A DNA stretch of 64,000 nt from Octopus sinensis (Eukaryota): NCBI RefSeq assembly GCF_006345805.1, contig NC_043004.1, positions 85,498,001 through 85,562,000 of the forward strand. Direction: 5' to 3'. Positions within the stretch are counted from its first letter, which is position 1, and every line of letters starts with the position of its first letter. The notes under the pieces are model-generated. The model saw nothing but the letters and a program-made list of their open reading frames with translations. It ran no database searches and was not told the origin of the DNA. Positions 26,103 to 39,463 of the stretch are shown here, one piece after another. A program made the position numbers and the translations under genes.

Positions 26103-26320
26103 AAATTCAAAATGCGATAAAATAAAATTAATTATTATCGCTGGTGTTTCTAGCACAGGCCATATATTATTCGTATATAAGTACATTAAAGGCGAAGTAT
26201 GTACTAGAAACACAGAAGCTTGATAAATTAGTGAACTGAAAATAAAAACATTTACTAACTCTGTTCATCTTAGACTGCAGTTTCGCCTTTTTCAGCAATA
26301 AAAATAATATTTATTTACTC

Positions 26321-26381
<61 letters not shown>

Positions 26382-26414
26382 GTGTGTGTGTGTGTGGTGT
26401 GTGTGTGTGTGTGT

Positions 26415-26452
<38 letters not shown>

Positions 26453-27259
26453 AGTGTGTTTGGGTCATTAGCAATTAAATCTTAAGGGTAAGTTAATAAA
26501 TAATATTAAAAATATTACAGGTAATTGCTAGAAATGGGAGATAGATAGATAGATAGACCGATAAATAGACGTGTCTGTGCATTATCTCACACAAGCATAT
26601 GCGTGTGTGCACATATACATACACACACATGCATATGAATATGTGTATGTACATATGTGTATGTCCATTTTCTTAAAAGCAGGCATAAATACATATTACA
26701 TATATATATATATATATAAATATATATATACATGATCGCATAGATATATAAGCATACATACAAGCATACACGCACGTGGTTTCATGTACGTCAGCTTACG
26801 AGTTTCCAGTTCGTGTGTAACCAAGAGTATCCCTCGAGTTCAATCATGTCATGCCTTGGACAGCTGACTCAAGAACGTAGAGAAAGTTCCACGTTTAACT
26901 TCAGTCAAAATCGACCGAACAACGACATCTTGTCACTGACTTGTAAATAATGGAATGGTGAAATTTGGTATAGAGACATTACTACTATCTCTAATGGCAG
27001 AATCTGTGGAAATGGTTTTATGTATTATTTATGTAGTGGTTGATTTAAATACGTATCCAGATATTGCGTGTGAAGCTCGAGTATTGCTGATATTAAAGCG
27101 CACACGGCGCCACTGAATGTATGTGTGTGTTTGTGTGTGTGTGTGTGATTGTGTGGGTGTGTGTGTGTGTGTTTGCGTGTGTGATTGTGTGTGTGTTTGT
27201 GTAAGTATGTGTTTGTATGTATAGATAGATAGAGAAATTGATTAATAAATAGGAATATA

Positions 27260-27268
27260 GACTGGCAA

Positions 27269-27335
<67 letters not shown>

Positions 27336-27362
27336 AATTGATTGACAGATATATATATATAT

Positions 27363-27406
<44 letters not shown>

Positions 27407-27419
27407 TAGATAGATAGAT

Positions 27420-27464
<45 letters not shown>

Positions 27465-27545
27465 CAGACAAACAGACATGCAGACAGACAGACAGACATA
27501 TAGATAGACAGATAGAGAGACAGACAAACAGACAGACAGGTAGAT
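27260..27545. repeat. (GATA)n/(GA)n/(GACA)n microsatellite
   Basis: Directly visible. Confidence 0.9.
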
Positions 27546-28479
27546 AGATATATAGATATGCATTAACAAAAATATGCATTTAATTTTATAGACAAAGGCC
27601 TGTAAAGATATATAAGGATGCCTTATATATGTGTGTGTGTATATAATTATATATGTATGTGTGTATAATTCCAGGCATGTATTTACAGAGTAGAAAAGTT
27701 TTATGTATTCGTCAACCTTTACGTGCGTGTATACATATATAGGGAGAGGGGGAGAGTGGGGGTGAAAGAGGTAGAGAGAAATACAGTCTTATGTACACAT
27801 CCACAAACAAACGCACATACAGACACATAGTTGTAAATGTATATACACACACACACGCATATGATTTTGTGTATGTATATATGTGCATGTCCATATACTT
27901 ACAAGCAGGCATATATACATATTACATATATGTGTATGTGTGTGTTTGTATGTGTGTGTATGTGTGTGTGTATATGTGTGTGTGTGCATGATCGCCTAGA
28001 TATACAAACACACATACATGCATACACACACGTGGTACCATGTACGTCAGCTAACCAGTTCCCAGTTGAATGACTGCTGGATTACCAATTTCCTTGCCGT
28101 CAATTTTCCTGTCATCCTTTCGTGACAGAGTTCATATCCATATATTCCAGATACTTTATTGATAGCATCTTTAATAGAACTCCTTCATGTAGAAATATTT
28201 TACCTCTATACAATTGCCGTCTTAGCTGTTTGCAAAACTTGAGCAACAAATACATTTTCGGCGGACCAAATTCCATTGATCCTTATGTGCACAACCTTTA
28301 GACATTTTTGCTCAGAAACAAAACCTTATGCACCAAAAGAGCAATAACACTAACAGCTTTAATATCAACCATTAACATAATCGAGTCATCAAGAGTCCTT
28401 ATACGATGTATTGCGTTCTTAATTCTAGCTCCTACCTTCTTGTGGAAATATCTGAGTTCAATTACACCCGCGTGTCAAA

Positions 28480-28795
28480 TGCCTCTAACTGGCTTCCGTA
28501 CCCGTGGCACGTAAAAGGCGTGATCGTTACCAACGTCGCTTCACTGGCACCTGTGCCGGTGGCACATGTAAACAGATTCGAGCGAGGTCGTTGCCAGTAC
28601 TGCCTAACTAGCCTCCGTGCCGGTGGCACGTAAAAAGCACCCACTACACTCTCGGAGTGGTTGGCGTTAGGAAGGGCATCCAGCTGTGGAAACTCTGCCA
28701 GATCAAGATTGGAGCCTGGTGCAGCCATCTGGTTCGCCAGCCCTCAGTCAACCCATGCTAGCATGGAAAGCGGACGTTAAACGAATGATGATGCA
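28480..28795 (+). mobile_element. LINE (probably RTE-like) 3' UTR ending in a GATGAT tail
   Basis: Internal GTGGCACGTAAA repeats, GGTTGGCGTTAGGAAGGGCATCCAGCTG and the tail AAACGAATGATGATG; family assignment from memory. Confidence 0.55.
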
Positions 28796-29384
28796 TATTG
28801 GTATATTTAGCACAAGGCTTTCAATTAATCATTGACTCTGTGTCATATCTAGGATTCATTTGACTATGGGGAAGAAAAACTTACAGCTTACGCAAAGAAG
28901 GGTGACGGATGGGTCCCCTCCTGTCGTGGTGTCTTGTTGCGAGTTTCTCCACGTCTAAAGACATCTCTGCTGTGTTCTATTGTTCCAGCTTAACTTTTCA
29001 GTGATTTCCGAAACAGTAAGTAGACACAGATATCATGTATGCAGGACTAACGTGTAGAATATTCTCTGGCAGTTTACAAACAATGACATGCTTGCTTTGA
29101 GGGTGAGTCCAAGAAAGAAATTATTTTTAAAATACTCCAGCAGGTAAACAAGGTTTTAGTGTTTACCTCACCTTTAACAACGCTCGTTTCGAAATTCGCT
29201 CTTGCTCGTCTCTCTTGGTAACGATAGCGGAGATGTAGCATTAGAAAACAATAAACTACAGATTGATCTAAACAGATTAGAAGCAGGGATTAAAAGATTA
29301 TAGCAGCCAACGTTTCTAGAAACGATAATGGAACTGGAAAACGTCTTTCACAACCAACCCCAAGTCACAAAAACATTTCGTTGA

Positions 29385-29610
29385 GGTTCGTGGCTTTGTG
29401 GTGAGAGTGTTGGACTCATGATTTTAAGTGTTTGGTTTCGATTCCTGGACCGGGCGGTGCATTGTGTTCTTGAACGGCACACTTTATTTCATATTGCTCC
29501 AGTCTGCTCAGCCGGCAAAAAAATCCTGCGATGGACCGGCGTCTAGTACTGGAAAGAAATATATACGCCAGAGAAACCGGAAACCGGTCCAAGATTCTTA
29601 TGCAGTGATG
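29385..29610 (+). mobile_element. tRNA-derived SINE (CORE-like + CTGCGATGGAC segment)
   Basis: GGTTTCGATTCCTGGACCGGG..TTCTTGAACGGCACACTTTATTTCA..CTGCGATGGACCGGCG. Confidence 0.75.
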
Positions 29611-30299
29611 CGAACTAAGCAACAACAAGAACGTTTCCTTGATAAAAAAAATAACATTAACACGCGTCCTCTCCTGCCTATCGTATGCATCATATCAAAG
29701 AAATGGTACATACTCTAGGCGTATGATAGTGACAGTTATTCGATGGAATTCTTTCGCAGAAGAGAGATTTAGACAAGCATTTTCAACTTACTCTTCAATG
29801 GATCACAATTTCCGGCAGCTGGAAAGTTGCTAAACCTCTTGCCCTTAAATCTATCTTTTCTCACAGCAATGAAAGCGATACTAGGCAACGTGGAAAATTA
29901 ATGCTAGTACAAATATTCACTACCTCTGCAAGTTGTGTTCAAATATAAGTTATTGATCTGGGATCTCTGGAGTATTCTTGAATGTTGAGATAGTAAGGCT
30001 ATCAATTACATCTTCTATAGTTTCATCCATCAGGAGGGCACATGGTGAACACACGTGTTAATCTAATATATCCTTTCATTCATTTTCCTTTGCTGTGTCC
30101 CTTTTGTACCCTTCTCTTTATTATTGTTTAATAATACGAACGTTTATGCCTAATATTATTCCCTTATCTCCCTTCAATCTCATCACTCTTTATTGTTCAT
30201 AATTGATTGCCTTCCCTTCAGTATTAACTCGACATGTTTTTCTAACCCGAATCTCGCGCCAGTGCCATATATGGAATTAGTAATATTTGTTTCAGTATG

Positions 30300-30845
30300 T
30301 GTAGATGGTGAGCTGGAAGAATCATTAAAACGCTAGACACAGTGCTTTGCAGTAGTTGTACCGTATTTACGTTCTGAGATCAAATAATACCAGGGTCGAC
30401 TTAGATTTACATTGTTTCAGAGGAGATAAAATGGAGGCGCAATGGCCCAATGGTTAGGGCAACGGACTCGCAGTTGGAGGATCGTGGTTTCGATTCTCAT
30501 ACCGAGCGTTGTTTGTATTTCTTGAGCGAAAACACCTAAAGCTCAACGAGGCTCTGGCAGGGGGTTGTGGCGACCCCTGTTGTACTCTTTCGCCCCAACC
30601 TTCTCTTGCACTCTCTTCCTGTTTCTTGAGTAACGCTGCGATGGACTGGCGTCCCGTCCAACTGGGGAGGAACACATACGCCACAGAAACCGGAAAATCG
30701 AGCCTATGAGCTTGGATAGGCTTGAAAAGCGCGCATAAATAAAAATAATAAGAGCAGATAAAATAAGAACCAGCTGAACACTAGGGTCGATGTAATCGCG
30801 TTATCCCCTCCCCCAAACTTGCTGGCCTTGTGCCAAAATTTGAAA
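30300..30845 (+). mobile_element. Nested SINEs: family C (30433-30745) inserted into a family A copy
   Basis: Family A head at 30300-30430 resumes at ~30770 (GGGTCGATGTAATCG..GGCCTTGTGCCAAAATTTGAAACC). Confidence 0.7.
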
Positions 30846-31014
30846 CCGATATCCGTTTCAGTGTGTAAATCTATCTTTAATTTCCAACAACCAACTTAAT
30901 ATCATCTATATACAATAATGTTGATTAATATTCCATTATATTTCTGTTTGAGTTCATGTTACTGAAGCTGTTAATGCTGCTAGTGTAAAGCAGGATGGGC
31001 ATAAGTTTGTTGTT

Positions 31015-31330
31015 GTTTGTTTGTTTCTTCTCGAGTCACGCCTGGCTCATAAGGGCCCGTTTCCTGGTTTCCTTGTCGTAGAGGTTCCCCACGTGGACGG
31101 GACGCCGGTCCGTCGCAGGTGAGCTGCTAGCTGCAGGGGGAAAGAGTGAGAGATAGTTGTGGCGAAAGAGTGAGTAGACGTTCGCCATTACCGTCTGCTG
31201 GAGCTGCGGGAAGCTAAGGTGTTTCGCTCGTAAACACTCACATCGCCGGTCTGAGATTCGGACCCGCAGTTCCTCGACCGCGAGTCCGCTGCTCTAACCA
31301 CTAGGCCATGTACATCCACATGGGTGTAAG
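31015..31330 (-). mobile_element. SINE family C-related copy
   Basis: Minus head TGGCCTAGTGGTTAGAGCAGCGGACTCGCGGTCGAGG.., AGCGAAACACCT, CTGCGACGGACCGGCGTCCCGTCCA. Confidence 0.8.
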
Positions 31331-31510
31331 TAAAGATTTTCTTTTCCTTTGTAGAAAATTGCGGTAAAAAGAAAATGTGGCAATGAAAGGAACTCAGCCC
31401 TAACTCTATTACATAGGAATATTCCAAAATACTTTCTCTCTTCACTTATAGTATTTAATATTGCGTCTTTGCCGTATGCGTTTGTATCACACTGGTCCGC
31501 TTTCGAGCAC

Positions 31511-31554
<44 letters not shown>

Positions 31555-31759
31555 ATAATATATATAACATACCAGTCAAAAAATCGATTTAATGACCTAT
31601 ACCTCTTAGCCTATCACTAGATATCTGACTTTGTACCAACGCTAGAAAACAGACTTTGCATGAATTACCATCAGGCGTGGCTGTATGGTAAGATGTTTGG
31701 CTCTCAACCGGATGGTTCCGAGTTTAGACCCACTGTGAGGTTATACTAGAAGACATATG

Positions 31760-31994
31760 GAAGGCGGTGAGCTGGCAGAAACGTTAGCACGTCGGGCGAA
31801 ATGCGTAGCCGTATTTCGTCTACCGTTACGTTCTGAGTTCAAATTCCGCCGAGGTCGACTTTGCCTTTCATCCTTTCGGGGTCGATAAATTAAGTACCAG
31901 TTACGCAGTGGGGTCGGTGTAATCGACTTAATCCGTTTGTCTGTCCTGTTTGTCCCCTCTGTGCTTAGCCCCTTGTGGGTAGTAAAGAAATATG
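31760..31994 (+). mobile_element. Full-length SINE family A with 16 bp TSD
   Basis: TACTAGAAGACATATG at 31744-31759 and 31995-32010. Confidence 0.92.
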
Positions 31995-32165
31995 TACTAG
32001 AAGACATATGCCCATGGTGCCAAGGCGTGGTGCCTTTGGCACGTGTCTTCTAGTATATTCTTGGGACGACCAAACTCTTGTGAGTAGATTTCGTAGACAG
32101 AAACCGAAAGAAGGCCATCATGTATTCATATATACGTGTGTATGAATGTTTTCTATTCTCTGTGT

Positions 32166-32200
<35 letters not shown>

Positions 32201-32399
32201 CATATGTTTGCCTCCCATCACAACTTGACAACAGCTGTTGGTGCGTATCCGATCCTGTAACCCTAGCGGTTCGACATACAAGCTCGATAGAATAAGTACC
32301 AGAGATCAACTCATTCGACGAAAAATTCCTCAAGCGTATGCCCCAGAATGGCCGCAGTAAAACAACTGAAATACCGAAAAGATAAAAGTAACATATGTT

Positions 32400-32623
32400 T
32401 ACTTTTTTTTTCTTTGTTAGTCATTTACTCTTTTATTTGCTTCAGTCATTTGACCGCGGCCATGCTGGAGCACCGCCTTTACTCGAACAATTCGACACCA
32501 GGACTTATTCTTTGTAAGCCTAATACTTATACTAACCTCGTAACTTACCTGAACCGCTGAGTTACGAGCACGTAAACACACCGGCATCGGTTGCCAAGCG
32601 ATGGTGGGGGACAAACAGACACA

Positions 32624-32658
<35 letters not shown>

Positions 32659-33015
32659 ACCTGGGACCTTGAAGACTGCTTTAATGCAAGAAAGATTACT
32701 AGTCCCTTAATATTTTGTATTCAATATTTCATCTATTCAATAAGACAATCATTAATTCATTTCATATAAATAAAAATAAAATATAAATAAAACATAAAAA
32801 ACAGAGTTGGAATTTCTTTGAATACTATATATGTATTTGTGTGTGTGTACCACAGGCTTCTTTCCATTTCCGTCTACCAAATCCACTCACAGAGATTTGG
32901 TCGGCCCGAGGTTATAGTAGAAGATAGTTGCACAAAGTGCCACGCAGTGGGACTGAACACGGAACCATGTGGTTGATAAGGAAACTAGTTACCGCACAGC
33001 CACCGCTGCGCCTAT
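32400..33015 (-). mobile_element. SINE family B, split (tail 32400-32640, head 32850-33015)
   Basis: Reverse complement of the 38407-38840 composite. Confidence 0.8.
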
Positions 33016-33864
33016 ATGTCATCGTAATTGGGTTTTTTTTGTTTGTTTTTTGTTCGCACCTGACCCAAGATTAACTTTTACAAATTAAACTTACTGCCAT
33101 CTGTGTCAATCCTTTCCTTTTCCGTTACAAAAAGTACTTTGCCTAGGGTTATATTTCCATTTTAAAAACAGTCCTTTCTGCTTTGATGGAATTAAAGTGA
33201 TTACTTCTAAAGTACTCTGCTTCAATGTAAAAAGTTAGCCCTCATTCTTTAAAGACCTACACCTAGCATTTAGAGGTTATATATTCCCACTCTATTCCTA
33301 ATTATTAATTATTCACTTTCTATATTTTCTCACTTTTTTCAGCCTCTTTTTCAGTGATAAACACATATTTTATGAAGACAATTGGTAAATAATCACTACA
33401 ATAATTATCTCAAATTTCGGGACACAGGCAGAACACTGGCAGTTATATAAAAAAACTCTGGTGATCTGGTGAGTGTACTCACAAGTAGTGATTCGATACC
33501 GATGTATCTTTGGTGGATTTACGCTTTCATCCGGCTTAACACATCGAGCTCATTTATGAGACTGAAGAGGGCAGATCAATCCGGATGAAACATCGATCAT
33601 GTCTTTGGATTGAGGAACTCTGTTTCTAGGCGGTTCACCACTCTCGTCCAGAGATATGTAACGTGTTATGCATTTTGTTGTCCTCTCTTAATTAACTGTT
33701 ATGCGAAGTGAAACAAAGACAGGAACATGATTGAAAGATATGGATGAATTACATAATTGCTGTGATGTGAGTAATAAACATTGCTTTCAACGTTACAATC
33801 ATGGCTCGAAATTACAGTTTTCCCCCTAAGACTCACGTAATTCAAATCAGATATTATAGCTGTC

Positions 33865-33866
33865 TG

Positions 33867-33927
<61 letters not shown>

Positions 33928-33928
33928 A

Positions 33929-33981
<53 letters not shown>

Positions 33982-33990
33982 GTCACTATC
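33865..33990. repeat. (TATC)n microsatellite
   Basis: Directly visible. Confidence 0.95.
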
Positions 33991-34689
33991 TACCTATTTC
34001 TCTGTCTATCTATTAATCTCTCTGTGTATATATATTTCTGTGTGTGTGTGTGCGTGTGTGTGTATGTGTGTGTGCGTGTGTGTGCGTGTGTATGTGCGTG
34101 CGTGCGTGTGTCCGTCCGTGTGTGTGTATACACATATAGATACACAGACAGGATAATTTACTGTCGTGTTCTCACTTTTCTGTTCTTCTTAACACTTTCA
34201 CCCTCCACAAAAAATCCTAAATATTATTTAATTTGCTTTGCTGGAGGGATTGTTTCAAGGAAGACGCGTATTGTCCTTAACTTCGAACGCGGAGTAGATG
34301 AAACAGGAACAACTGAAGAATGAGAATATTCGTTATGTTGTATGTCACGTTTCTCTGTTTTTTTCTTTGTTCGAAAAAAAAGTTCATTTTCTATGTTCTT
34401 GTTTTTATGTTTTCCTTTCTCAATATGTTTAACGTTTTTTTTTTTGTTTTGATGCCCTGTAACCATGTATGCATGTATATATACATATATATGTAGGTAT
34501 ATGCATATATATGCATGTATATATACATATATATGTAGGCATGTATGTATACATATATATGTAGGTATATATGTACATATATATGTATGCATGTATATAT
34601 ACATATATATGTATATATGTATATATGCATATATTAATATATAATTAATATCATATATATATTTATATCTATCTATCTATCTATCTATG

Positions 34690-34773
<84 letters not shown>

Positions 34774-35045
34774 AAGAGATGGATGGATGCATGGATGAAT
34801 GTACCACACATACACACACCCACACACCTATGCACATACACAGACACAAAAGTACAAGAGATAAAAGATCAGGTACAGGAATAACTATTTGGAGTCATAT
34901 ATTCGTTATTTATAAATCTGAAAAAGTTTGATCAGTTTCGGCAAACGAAGTTCCGCACTGAATATACATACATACACAACAACATGTGCACATGCAAAAA
35001 CATACACACATACACACACATGTACATACACACATATACAATCAT

Positions 35046-35178
35046 ATAGGCATGTATATAAACGTATGTGTATAGCCATATATATATATATATTCATTTA
35101 TATATATATTTATGTATATATATACACGCACATACATACGTATATATAAATATATATACACTTATATATATTTATAAG

Positions 35179-35210
<32 letters not shown>

Positions 35211-35348
35211 TGTATATATATGTATACATATATATATGTATATATGTATATATGTATACATATATATATGTATATATGTATATATATATATACATATATA
35301 TATGTATATATATATGTATATATATCTATATATGTTTATGTGTGTATG

Positions 35349-35409
<61 letters not shown>

Positions 35410-35472
35410 TATATCATATAGGCATATATAGGCATATATATCATATAGGCATTATATAAACGTATGTGTATA

Positions 35473-35516
<44 letters not shown>

Positions 35517-35613
35517 TTTATATATATATTTATGTATATATATACACGCACATACAACGTATATATAAATATATATACACTATATATATTTATAAGTATA
35601 TATATATATATGG

Positions 35614-35644
<31 letters not shown>

Positions 35645-35769
35645 GTATACATATAATGTATATATTATGTATATATGTATACATATATATATGTATATAT
35701 GTATATATATATATACAATATATATGTATATATATATGTATATATATCTATATATATGTGTGTGTATGT

Positions 35770-35801
<32 letters not shown>

Positions 35802-35866
35802 ATATATCATATAGGCATATATAGGCATATATATCATATAGGCATGTATATAAATGTATGTGTATA

Positions 35867-35914
<48 letters not shown>

Positions 35915-36000
35915 TTTATATATATATATTTATGTATATATATACACGCACATACATACGTATATATAAATATATATATACACTTATATATATTTATAAG

Positions 36001-36034
<34 letters not shown>

Positions 36035-36170
36035 ATATATATATATATATGTATATATATGTATACATATATATATGTATATATGTATATATATGATATA
36101 CATATATATATGTATACATATATATGTATATATATATATGTATATATATCTATATATATGTGTGTGTATG

Positions 36171-36205
<35 letters not shown>
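35046..36205. repeat. Higher-order AT-rich tandem repeat, ~400 bp period, ~3 copies
   Basis: The anchor CGTATGTGTATAGCCATATA..TTCATT..ACACGCACATACA recurs near 35062, 35461 and 35855. Confidence 0.85.
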
Positions 36206-36212
<7 letters not shown>

Positions 36213-36574
36213 CGCGCGCACACAGAGAGGTGAAGAAGGAAATCGAAAGATTCAACTCTGACCTATCATCAGTATATTGTGATTGGCATTTTTTGCTTCA
36301 CTTTCGGTTTTTGAGACGAATTCAGCTTTCGCATATCAGACTCTTCGATATTATATTCGTGTGTTGAAGCGGGTTGATAATTCTGGGTCGCCATAAAATA
36401 TTAGTGGACAAGATTTCTATTTATAAGTTCATACATCATGACGAATGGACATTGTATTGACGTGTAACATTAATAATTTATATGATGGTTGAAGCTATGT
36501 ACTTACTTGCACCAAATATATACATACGTATATACATATACATATATATGTACATACATATATACAATATTCAT

Positions 36575-36605
<31 letters not shown>

Positions 36606-36661
36606 CAAACATACATATATATATATATATATATCTATATATACATATATATATATACATA

Positions 36662-36733
<72 letters not shown>

Positions 36734-36739
36734 TATATA

Positions 36740-36794
<55 letters not shown>

Positions 36795-36846
36795 TATGGC
36801 AATAATAAATCTCTGCACGAGATGTAAACAGTAAATGCTCGACAAC

Positions 36847-37218
36847 GTAAAGTATACTAGCCATCTCAATATGGCTAACCACTAAGGGAGGGAGTTACTG
36901 TAGCTTTTAGCCCCAGGCGATCATAGTCTCCAGCTGGCTTTAGGCACACTTTCTGTGCACTTATGGTATTTGCAAACAGGTCTCCCTTTCATCGTAAACC
37001 GGTGAATGCCGTACGCCGAAGACAGGCAAAACCTAGAAACTGCAGTCCGTGTGTGTCACTTAGGTTTATGAGAGAGGGATGACCTCCCTTTGCAAATACC
37101 ATAAGGGCACAGAACGTGTGCCTAAAGCCAGCTGGAGACGATGATCTCCTGGGGCTAAAAGTTACAGTAACACCCACCCTTAGTGGTTAGCCATATTGAG
37201 ATGGCTAGTATACTTTAC
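36847..37218. mobile_element. Foldback MITE with ~130 bp TIRs
   Basis: GTAAAGTATACTAGCCATCTCAATATGGCTAACC..GGTATTTGCAAA matched by its reverse complement ending ..GGCTAGTATACTTTAC; second, gap-truncated copy at 38943-39297. Confidence 0.85.
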
Positions 37219-37329
37219 TATATATATATGCTTATACATATACTTAAATAATATATACGTAAGTATATATGCATGCACATACTTACACACAAGCATAGCC
37301 ACAGCTCTGCAGCTAGAAAAACGAAATTT

Positions 37330-37384
<55 letters not shown>

Positions 37385-38406
37385 GTGTGTGTGTGGTTGT
37401 GTGTGAGTGCGCGCACACAATATGTGTGTGTATGTATACCTTATATTCAATTTTATTTATTCATTTCGCCAAATGATGACCTTCAAGAAAGACTAAGTTT
37501 GAACATTAGCATTATGTTTCATATTCAGATGCTTTTATTAAATTCATTCAGTTGTGGAACATAAATACATTTTGGAATTAAATAATTTTGATTTACTCTC
37601 AGGTGATGTTTGGCTAACCCTCTATACACATAAATGTGAATATAGGTATGCATATATGTACACAAATAACTATCAGAAAATTTGTGTTTATAATTAAAAG
37701 CATGTGTGTGTGTCTGGGTAACGGTATGTCTGTATGTCGATATCAGTGTAAATAAGTGTGTAAAATCTATGGAAAATTCGGGCCAATTTTGATAGTTTGC
37801 ATGAAAGGAAAAGAAAACACAATATAAATAATAAAATATCAACAAAAATTAGGCTGGGAGATAACAATTTATTCAACATGACTGCAACGACTGCACCTAG
37901 CACCCACCACGCCCTCAAAACGAGTGGGATGGGCACACTATTGGTGCTTATCTCCTATGACATACACAGCAGGACCCGGAATATTTTGCGTCTATAAGTA
38001 CTTGCACGTTTTAACAATAATTATGCAAATATTCCATCATGGCTGCAGTCAAATGAGGGAAACAAGTAACAGAATAAAAGAAAAAGATAGAAAAAATATG
38101 CGTATGTATACACGTAGGTGTGTAAATATATATTCATATGAATATAAAATAGATATTTACTTTTATCTTACTAGTTTCAGACAGAGGCTGAGGCCAGGCT
38201 GGAGCACTGCCTTTCAGGTGTTTGCGTTTGTTTCCATACGGTTTGTGGTGAATTAGCCAGCTAGCGGCAGCTGCTTTTCTTCGTGCCTCCTGCCGCGATA
38301 AGATTTCAGTGGGGTATTTCTGTCAAAACTTTTTTCGAGAGACTCTTTGACGACGTTAATATCTAGATAACGCAAATTTATGAGGTTGATCCGAAAAATA
38401 CTAAAT

Positions 38407-38557
38407 AGGCGCAGGAGTGGCTGTGTGGTAAGTAGCTTGCTAACCAGCCACATGGTTCCGGGTTCAATCTTAGGCAAGTGTCTTCCGCTATAGCCCCGGG
38501 CCGACCAATGCCTTGTGAGTGGATTTGGTAGACGGAAACTGAAAGAAGCCTGTTGTA

Positions 38558-38611
<54 letters not shown>

Positions 38612-38840
38612 GTTGTTTGTGTGTCTATGTTTGTCCCTGTAGCATTGCTTGACAACCGATGCTGGTGTGTTTACGTCCCCGCACTTAGCGGTTCGGTAAA
38701 CGGGACCGATAGAATAAGTACTGGGCTTACAAAAGAATAAGTCCGGGGTCGATTTGCACGGCTAAAGGCGGTGCTCCAGCATGGCCGCAGTCAAATGACT
38801 GAAACAAGTAAAAGAGTAGTAAAAGAGTAAAAGAGTAAAT
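38407..38840 (+). mobile_element. SINE family B composite: tRNA/CORE head, internal (TA)n, body, (AAGAGT)n tail
   Basis: Duplicated at 40491-40934. Confidence 0.85.
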
Positions 38841-38842
38841 CC

Positions 38843-38942
38843 NNNNNNNNNNNNNNNNNNNNNNNNNNNNNNNNNNNNNNNNNNNNNNNNNNNNNNNNNN
38901 NNNNNNNNNNNNNNNNNNNNNNNNNNNNNNNNNNNNNNNNNN
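38843..38942. other. Assembly gap (100 N)
   Basis: Run of N. Confidence 1.
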
Positions 38943-39408
38943 CTCAATATGGCTAACCACTAAGGGAGGGAGTTACTGTAGCTTTTAGCCCCAGGCGATC
39001 ATAGTCTCCAGCTGGCTTTAGGCACACTTTCTGTGCACTTATGGTATTTGCAAACAGGTCTCCCTTTCATCGTAAACCGGTGAATGCCGTACGCCGAAGA
39101 CAGGCAAAACCTAGAAACTGCAGTCCGTGTGTGTCACTTAGGTTTATGAGAGAGGGATGACCTCCCTTTGCAAATACCATAAGGGCACAGAACGTGTGCC
39201 TAAAGCCAGCTGGAGACGATGATCTCCTGGGGCTAAAAGTTACAGTAACACCCACCCTTAGTGGTTAGCCATATTGAGATGGCTAGTATACTTTACTATA
39301 TATATATATGCTTATACATATACTTAAATATATATACGTAAGTATATATGCATGCACATACTTACACACAAGCATAGCCACAGCTCTGCAGCTAGAAAAA
39401 CGAAATTT

Positions 39409-39463
<55 letters not shown>

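Noticed and set aside
28090-28480. Partly open minus-strand frames in complex sequence
   Set aside because: No recognisable domain and several stops.
4480-31330. tRNA-like A/B boxes at SINE heads
   Set aside because: They continue into SINE bodies and lack a full cloverleaf, so they are not tRNA genes.
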